Assembly: GCA_027013225.1 (NCBI GenBank) | Contig: JALUXU010000020.1 | Span: 239-64,238 of the forward strand | From: Acidihalobacter sp. | GTDB lineage: Bacteria > Pseudomonadota > Gammaproteobacteria > DSM-5130 > Acidihalobacteraceae | Length of the DNA stretch: 64,000 nt | Reading direction: 5' to 3' | Shown here: positions 59,452 to 64,000 of the stretch, one piece after another | Layout of the letters: each line of letters starts with the position of its first letter | Numbering within the stretch: the first letter of the stretch is position 1 | Translations under genes and position numbers: made by a program | The notes under the pieces: model-generated | Databases searched by the model: none | What the model was told of the DNA's origin: nothing | The model's input: only the letters and a program-made list of their open reading frames with translations

Positions 59452-59832
59452 ATGAAAAAGAAAATCCTGCGGCCCTTGTGTGACCGGATCGGCCGCGATG
59501 CGGTTGATCGGGTGACTGCGAGATTTTACGATCGTTTGCGCGAGGATGCCCAACTGTCGCCTTTTTTCGCCCATATCCTGAATTTCCCCGAGCATGAACG
59601 CCGGATCGCCGATTTCTGGTGGATTGCGATGGGTGGCCGCTTGGCTGACCCGCCCACGGTGGATATGCTCGGTTTGCATCGGCCTATGGGTATGCGCCAG
59701 GCTGATCTTGATCGTTGGCTGGAATTGTTTGCAGAAACTGTCGAGGACGAGCTGGAAACTGATTTGGCCGAGCAGTGGAAAGCCATGGCCGAAGGAATCG
59801 GTCGGCGCCTCGCCCAAGGCGCGATCGAATAA
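59452..59832 (+). CDS. Group III truncated hemoglobin
   Basis: FYDRLRED, HERRIADFW, LHRPM, RWLELF. Confidence 0.78.
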   Translation: MKKKILRPLCDRIGRDAVDRVTARFYDRLREDAQLSPFFAHILNFPEHERRIADFWWIAMGGRLADPPTVDMLGLHRPMGMRQADLDRWLELFAETVEDELETDLAEQWKAMAEGIGRRLAQGAIE

Positions 59833-59873
59833 GGTTTTTTCTCTGGGAGGTATCGGGCTTGGGAAAAATCACA

Positions 59874-60410
59874 TCATGAGACTCGCCATTGCCCCGGGAG
59901 GAGTCCGTCTAGGGTCCAGGAGCCGATGCGGTAACGGATCAAACGCAAGGTGGGATGTCCCACCGCCGCGGTCATGCGCCGTATCTGACGGTTACGCCCC
60001 TCATGGATCGTTATGGCAAGCCAAGCGGTGGGTATATGCTTGCGATAGCGTATCGGAGGCTCGCGTCGCCATAGATCGGGCGGTTCATCCATGCGGCTGA
60101 TCTTGGCTGGGCGGGTAGGTCCGTCGTTCAGGATCACGCCTTCACGCAGTTGTTGTAACGCCGCGTCATCCGGTTCGCCCTCGACCTGTGCCCAGTATGT
60201 CTTACTCATCTGATGCCGCGGATGCGTAATGCGATGCTGCAAACGGCCGTCGTCGGTGAGCAGCAGCAGACCTTCACTATCACGATCGAGCCGGCCGGCG
60301 GGATACACGCCGGGCAGAACGATGTAATCAGAGAGCCGAGGTCGGCTTGCTGCATCCGTAAACTGTGTAAGTACCCCAAAAGGCTTGTTGAATAGAAAAA
60401 TGCGCGCCAT
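59874..60410 (-). CDS. rluE: 23S rRNA pseudouridine synthase
   Basis: [31 protein letters not shown]. Confidence 0.88.
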   Translation of the reverse strand: MARIFLFNKPFGVLTQFTDAASRPRLSDYIVLPGVYPAGRLDRDSEGLLLLTDDGRLQHRITHPRHQMSKTYWAQVEGEPDDAALQQLREGVILNDGPTRPAKISRMDEPPDLWRREPPIRYRKHIPTAWLAITIHEGRNRQIRRMTAAVGHPTLRLIRYRIGSWTLDGLLPGQWRVS

Positions 60411-60542
60411 CTGATTAACCTTAAAAAATGTGTATGTAGGCAAGATGTTGAAGAGTGCTAGAATCACCAGGTTTTCCTTTCCGCCGCCCTTGGTTTACAA
60501 GCCGCGTCGGTTCCAGCCGACCCTTTAGTTTCGAGTGAGAAA

Positions 60543-61163
60543 ATGTCTTTGGAAACTTTCAACGACCATGCATTTCTGATGATCAATGCAGGGGCGCATC
60601 CCCCATCCGCCTTGCTGGATTTCGGCTTGTTCTGTGCTGTGGGGATTGTGCCACTGACGGTAGCATTGTTCATCCTGTTATGGGTGCGCATGCCGGATGC
60701 TCAACGCCGGGCCGCACTTGTCACTGCGACGTTTATCATGTTGATTGGCTTGGGCATCAATCAACTGATCGGTTTTTTTTATTATCATCCCAGACCTTTT
60801 GTTTTGCATCTTGGCTATACCTGGCTCCATCATCCGGCTAATAATTCATTTCCTAGCGACCACGGCACATTCATGTGGAGTTTGGGGTTTGCCTTGCTCG
60901 CGCTGGGACGGCGCGGAGGATTGCAAATGTGGGGGGTGCTTTTGACTTTGGGCGGGTTTGCCGTGGCTTGGGGAAGAATTTATGTGGGAGTGCATTTTCC
61001 TCTGGACATGATCGCTTCTTTTTGTGTGGCTCTGGGTGTTTCTTTGCTGGCTCGCCCGCTGTATGGACCGGTATCGAAATGGGCACTGCCATTTTTCGAC
61101 AAGATTTATTTCAGGTTGATCGACACATTGCACTTGCCTGAGAAGCTTTTTCCTCGCGCCTGA
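60543..61163 (+). CDS. PAP2-family undecaprenyl-diphosphatase (BcrC-like)
   Basis: HPRPF, SFPSDH, RIYVGVHFPLD. Confidence 0.88.
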   Translation: MSLETFNDHAFLMINAGAHPPSALLDFGLFCAVGIVPLTVALFILLWVRMPDAQRRAALVTATFIMLIGLGINQLIGFFYYHPRPFVLHLGYTWLHHPANNSFPSDHGTFMWSLGFALLALGRRGGLQMWGVLLTLGGFAVAWGRIYVGVHFPLDMIASFCVALGVSLLARPLYGPVSKWALPFFDKIYFRLIDTLHLPEKLFPRA

Positions 61164-61205
61164 TTTTTTTTAAAACCGCAAAATCTCAAAAACTCTGATG
61201 TTTGC

Positions 61206-61937
61206 TTAATCAGAGTGCTTCATCTTCTTGGCGCGTCGCCGACTATGGGACGGAGCGGAGGCGAGGCGATCCGCTTGGCGGGTGGTTTCTGGAAGGCGAT
61301 AGCGGGTCACCATGCGCATTACTATTTCCACCGCCGTTTCCAGGCTCAGGCGATGGCCAATGGACACGAACAAGGGTTTGACATTCACCCGCGAACGCAA
61401 AACCGCGCCGATGCATTCTTCGCCGTCAACCAGAGGCGTCCATGCGCCGCGGCGATTGGGCGGCTTATCGTATCGCCCGATCAGCCTGCTTTTGGCGACA
61501 CCGATGCTTGGAATATCCAACAATACGCCCAGGTGGGCGGCAATGCCCAGGCGCCGGGGGTGGGCGATCCCCTGGCCGTCGCAGAGCAAAACGCAGGGGC
61601 GTTCTTGAAGTTGGCCGAGCGCCTCGATTACGGCCGGAAGTTCCCGGAATGAAAGCAAGCCCGGTATATAGGGGAAAGTCGTGGGGCGTCGCACCAATAC
61701 CTGCTCACGCACTTCCAGGCTGTATGCATCGAGCACCACAATGGCGGCGCGGGTAAGGCGGCCATTGTCTTCGAAACCGACATCGATACCCGCCACCAGG
61801 CGAAGAGGCGCTTCGATGCGATCCTCGGTCTCTACTTTTTCCCGCAATCGCTCCTGAATGCTGCGTGCTTCAGCCGGCGTGACTTCCCATGAGTGCAAGA
61901 GCGCGGGATCAATAGGGAAAAAGTTAGATTTTATCAT
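61206..61937 (-). CDS. nfi: Endonuclease V
   Basis: AGIDVGF, FPYIPGLLSFRE, DGQGIAHPRR, GVAKS. Confidence 0.95.
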   Translation of the reverse strand: MIKSNFFPIDPALLHSWEVTPAEARSIQERLREKVETEDRIEAPLRLVAGIDVGFEDNGRLTRAAIVVLDAYSLEVREQVLVRRPTTFPYIPGLLSFRELPAVIEALGQLQERPCVLLCDGQGIAHPRRLGIAAHLGVLLDIPSIGVAKSRLIGRYDKPPNRRGAWTPLVDGEECIGAVLRSRVNVKPLFVSIGHRLSLETAVEIVMRMVTRYRLPETTRQADRLASAPSHSRRRAKKMKHSD

Positions 61938-61941
61938 GTCG

Positions 61942-64000
61942 TCAGACCTCGGCATAGCGTTCCGCGCCGCCCAGCCAGCGCCTAATCAGGGCGTCGCAAA
62001 GACGGGAGTCCTGTTCGAGGAGCATCCCGGCCGCTTTGCGCGCCGCCGCCACCAAGTCCGCATCCCTAACCAGATCTGCAACACGCAATTTCGCCAACCC
62101 CGTCTGCCGCGTTCCCAAAAACTCGCCCGGCCCTCGGATCTCCAGATCCAGGCGCGCGATCTCGAATCCATCGTGGGTTTCGCGCAAAGCCTGCAACCGG
62201 CGTTTGGCGATCTCTCCCAAGGGAGGGCGGTAAAGCAGTACGCAACTGGAGTCGGTCGTGCCCCGACCTATGCGGCCCCGCAGTTGATGCAGTTGCGCAA
62301 GCCCCAAGCGTTCCGCGTTTTCGATAATCATCAAGGTGGCGCTGGGTACATCGACACCCACTTCTATTACGGTAGTAGCCACCAAGAGGTCGATGTCCCC
62401 TTGCTTGAATGCATGCATCACGGCCTCCTTGTCGGCCGTTTTCATGCGCCCGTGAACCATGCCCAGGCGGACGTCCGGAAGGGCGTCACGAAGCAACGCA
62501 TGCGTCGATTCCGCCGCTTCGCATTGAAGTGCTTCTGATTCCTCGATGAGGGTGCATACCCAATAGGCTTGCCGGCCAGCGGCGATTGCGGAACGCAGGC
62601 GGGCGATGACTTCGGAACGGCGATCATCCGCGATCGCTACTGTAGTGACTGGCCGCCTTCCCGCTGGAAGTTCGTCGATGGCCGAATAATCGAGGTCAGC
62701 ATAAGTGGTCATAGCCAAAGTGCGCGGAATCGGCGTGGCCGTCATCACGAGCTGATGGGCCTGCATGTTCGCCGCATTCGCCTTATCGCGCAGGGCCAAG
62801 CGCTGATGCACGCCAAAACGGTGCTGCTCGTCTATCCCCACTAAGGCCAGATTGTGAAAGCGTACCTGTTCTTGAAACAAGGCATGGGTGCCGATGGCGA
62901 GTTGCGCCGAACCGTCGGCCAGCGCGGCCAGTTGTTTGTCTCGCTCTGACTTTTTCTGTTTGCCGCTCAACCAGGCGATGTGCACTCCCAGCGGCTGCAA
63001 CCATTTGCCGGCGTTTCGATAATGTTGCTCGGCGAGCAATTCGGTGGGCGCCATCAAGGCCGCCTGATAACCACTGGCGATGGTGTGCAGGCAGGCCGCT
63101 AAAGCGACGATCGTCTTGCCCGAACCCACATCGCCTTGTACCAGACGCATCATGGGCGTCGGTCGAGCCATATCCCGGAAAATTTCGTCGATGACCCGTT
63201 GTTGGGCTAAAGTCAGAGTGAAGGGTAGTGCGCTTATGAATTGCCGAAAAAGGGTGCCATCGTTTTGAAGCGCAGGCGACTGCAGGGCGCGGAGGCGATG
63301 ACGTAGCCGCATCAGACTCAACTGATGGGCGAGCAGTTCCTCGAAGGCGAGACGCTGCTGGGCCGGGTGGCGTCCTCCGGTCAGGGCAGCGAGGTCAGCT
63401 TCCGGAGGCGGGGCATGGACTAGCTCGAGCGCTTCTTTCAAGCCGTAGCGAAGCGTTGGAGGCAATTGATCCAAAGGGATGATGTCTTCTATTTCGTATT
63501 CATGGAGCGCCTGTTCGATCAGTCGGCGCAACACCGCTTGACCTATGCCTTCGGTACTTGGATAGACCGGGGTCAAGGTGGATTCCACAGGCACTTGGGG
63601 CATTTCGCTTGCGCCAATCAAGCGGTATTCAGGGTGAACCATCTCCAGGCCCGCGGGGCCTGGGCGGACTTCACCGAACAGGCGGAGAGTTTGCCCTTGG
63701 CTCAGTCGATTTTGCAGAGCGGCCCCGAAATGAAAAAACCGAAGCGTCAAGCAACCGGTGCCGTCAGCGATCCGGACCAAGAAGGCGCGGCGCTTTCTTT
63801 GCACGACTTGAGCGTATTCGACGCGCCCTTGCACCAACGCTTCGGTATGGGGACGCACCGCGCCTAAAGGCGTCAGGCGGGTGCGGTCCTGATAGCGTAA
63901 CGGTAGGTGAAGCAGTAGATCCTCGATGCGTTCCAGTCCCAAGCGCGACAGGCGCTCCTGCACTCGTGCACCAACGCCTTTGAGCTGTGTGAGCGGGGCT
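61942..64000 (-). CDS. recG: ATP-dependent DNA helicase RecG (5' end beyond the window)
   Basis: QGDVGSGKT, APTELLAEQH, DEQHRFGV, MTATPIPRT, QLRGRIGRG; LTQLKGVG continues to the window edge. Confidence 0.96.
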   Translation of the reverse strand, partial: APLTQLKGVGARVQERLSRLGLERIEDLLLHLPLRYQDRTRLTPLGAVRPHTEALVQGRVEYAQVVQRKRRAFLVRIADGTGCLTLRFFHFGAALQNRLSQGQTLRLFGEVRPGPAGLEMVHPEYRLIGASEMPQVPVESTLTPVYPSTEGIGQAVLRRLIEQALHEYEIEDIIPLDQLPPTLRYGLKEALELVHAPPPEADLAALTGGRHPAQQRLAFEELLAHQLSLMRLRHRLRALQSPALQNDGTLFRQFISALPFTLTLAQQRVIDEIFRDMARPTPMMRLVQGDVGSGKTIVALAACLHTIASGYQAALMAPTELLAEQHYRNAGKWLQPLGVHIAWLSGKQKKSERDKQLAALADGSAQLAIGTHALFQEQVRFHNLALVGIDEQHRFGVHQRLALRDKANAANMQAHQLVMTATPIPRTLAMTTYADLDYSAIDELPAGRRPVTTVAIADDRRSEVIARLRSAIAAGRQAYWVCTLIEESEALQCEAAESTHALLRDALPDVRLGMVHGRMKTADKEAVMHAFKQGDIDLLVATTVIEVGVDVPSATLMIIENAERLGLAQLHQLRGRIGRGTTDSSCVLLYRPPLGEIAKRRLQALRETHDGFEIARLDLEIRGPGEFLGTRQTGLAKLRVADLVRDADLVAAARKAAGMLLEQDSRLCDALIRRWLGGAERYAEV

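Overview
Chromosomal window from a Gammaproteobacterium. The host looks like a stress-adapted, possibly acid- or metal-tolerant chemolithotroph, but that is inference only. Core blocks: rpe-gph-trpEGDC-osmC-speD-slt; leuA/lrp/fis/dusB; ispH; fbp/pfk; znuABC; rluE; nfi; recG (partial). Accessory regions: (1) 1-1.55 kb, an ISL3 end, one integron-type cassette (DUF2726 plus Zn finger) with an attC, and a truncated group II intron (class E-like) at the attC core; (2) 12-28 kb, a co-oriented minus-strand stress cluster (3x Hsp20, FtsH, TrxC, HtpX-like, CbpAM, PsiE, an HPF/sigma-like fusion) with three sigma32-like promoters, flanked by gadB and a GadC-like antiporter, plus a pyruvate-oxidase deletion scar; (3) 33.6-37.8 kb, a GC-rich ECF sigma/anti-sigma/YyaL block; (4) 38.9-43.8 kb, a type I R-M locus inactivated many times over but carrying an intact HepT/MntA pair; (5) 43.9-50.3 kb, a copper cluster (CueR, CopA, CopZ, rusticyanin-like protein, multicopper oxidase). 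The most novel-looking signal is a pair of 72- and 74-bp four-hairpin insertion elements with covarying stems. They sit at G^AA sites in hsdM and hsdR, and a third, in-frame palindromic insert also lies in hsdR. No tRNA, rRNA or CRISPR array was seen. All family calls are from recognition of translated motifs; no database searches were run.
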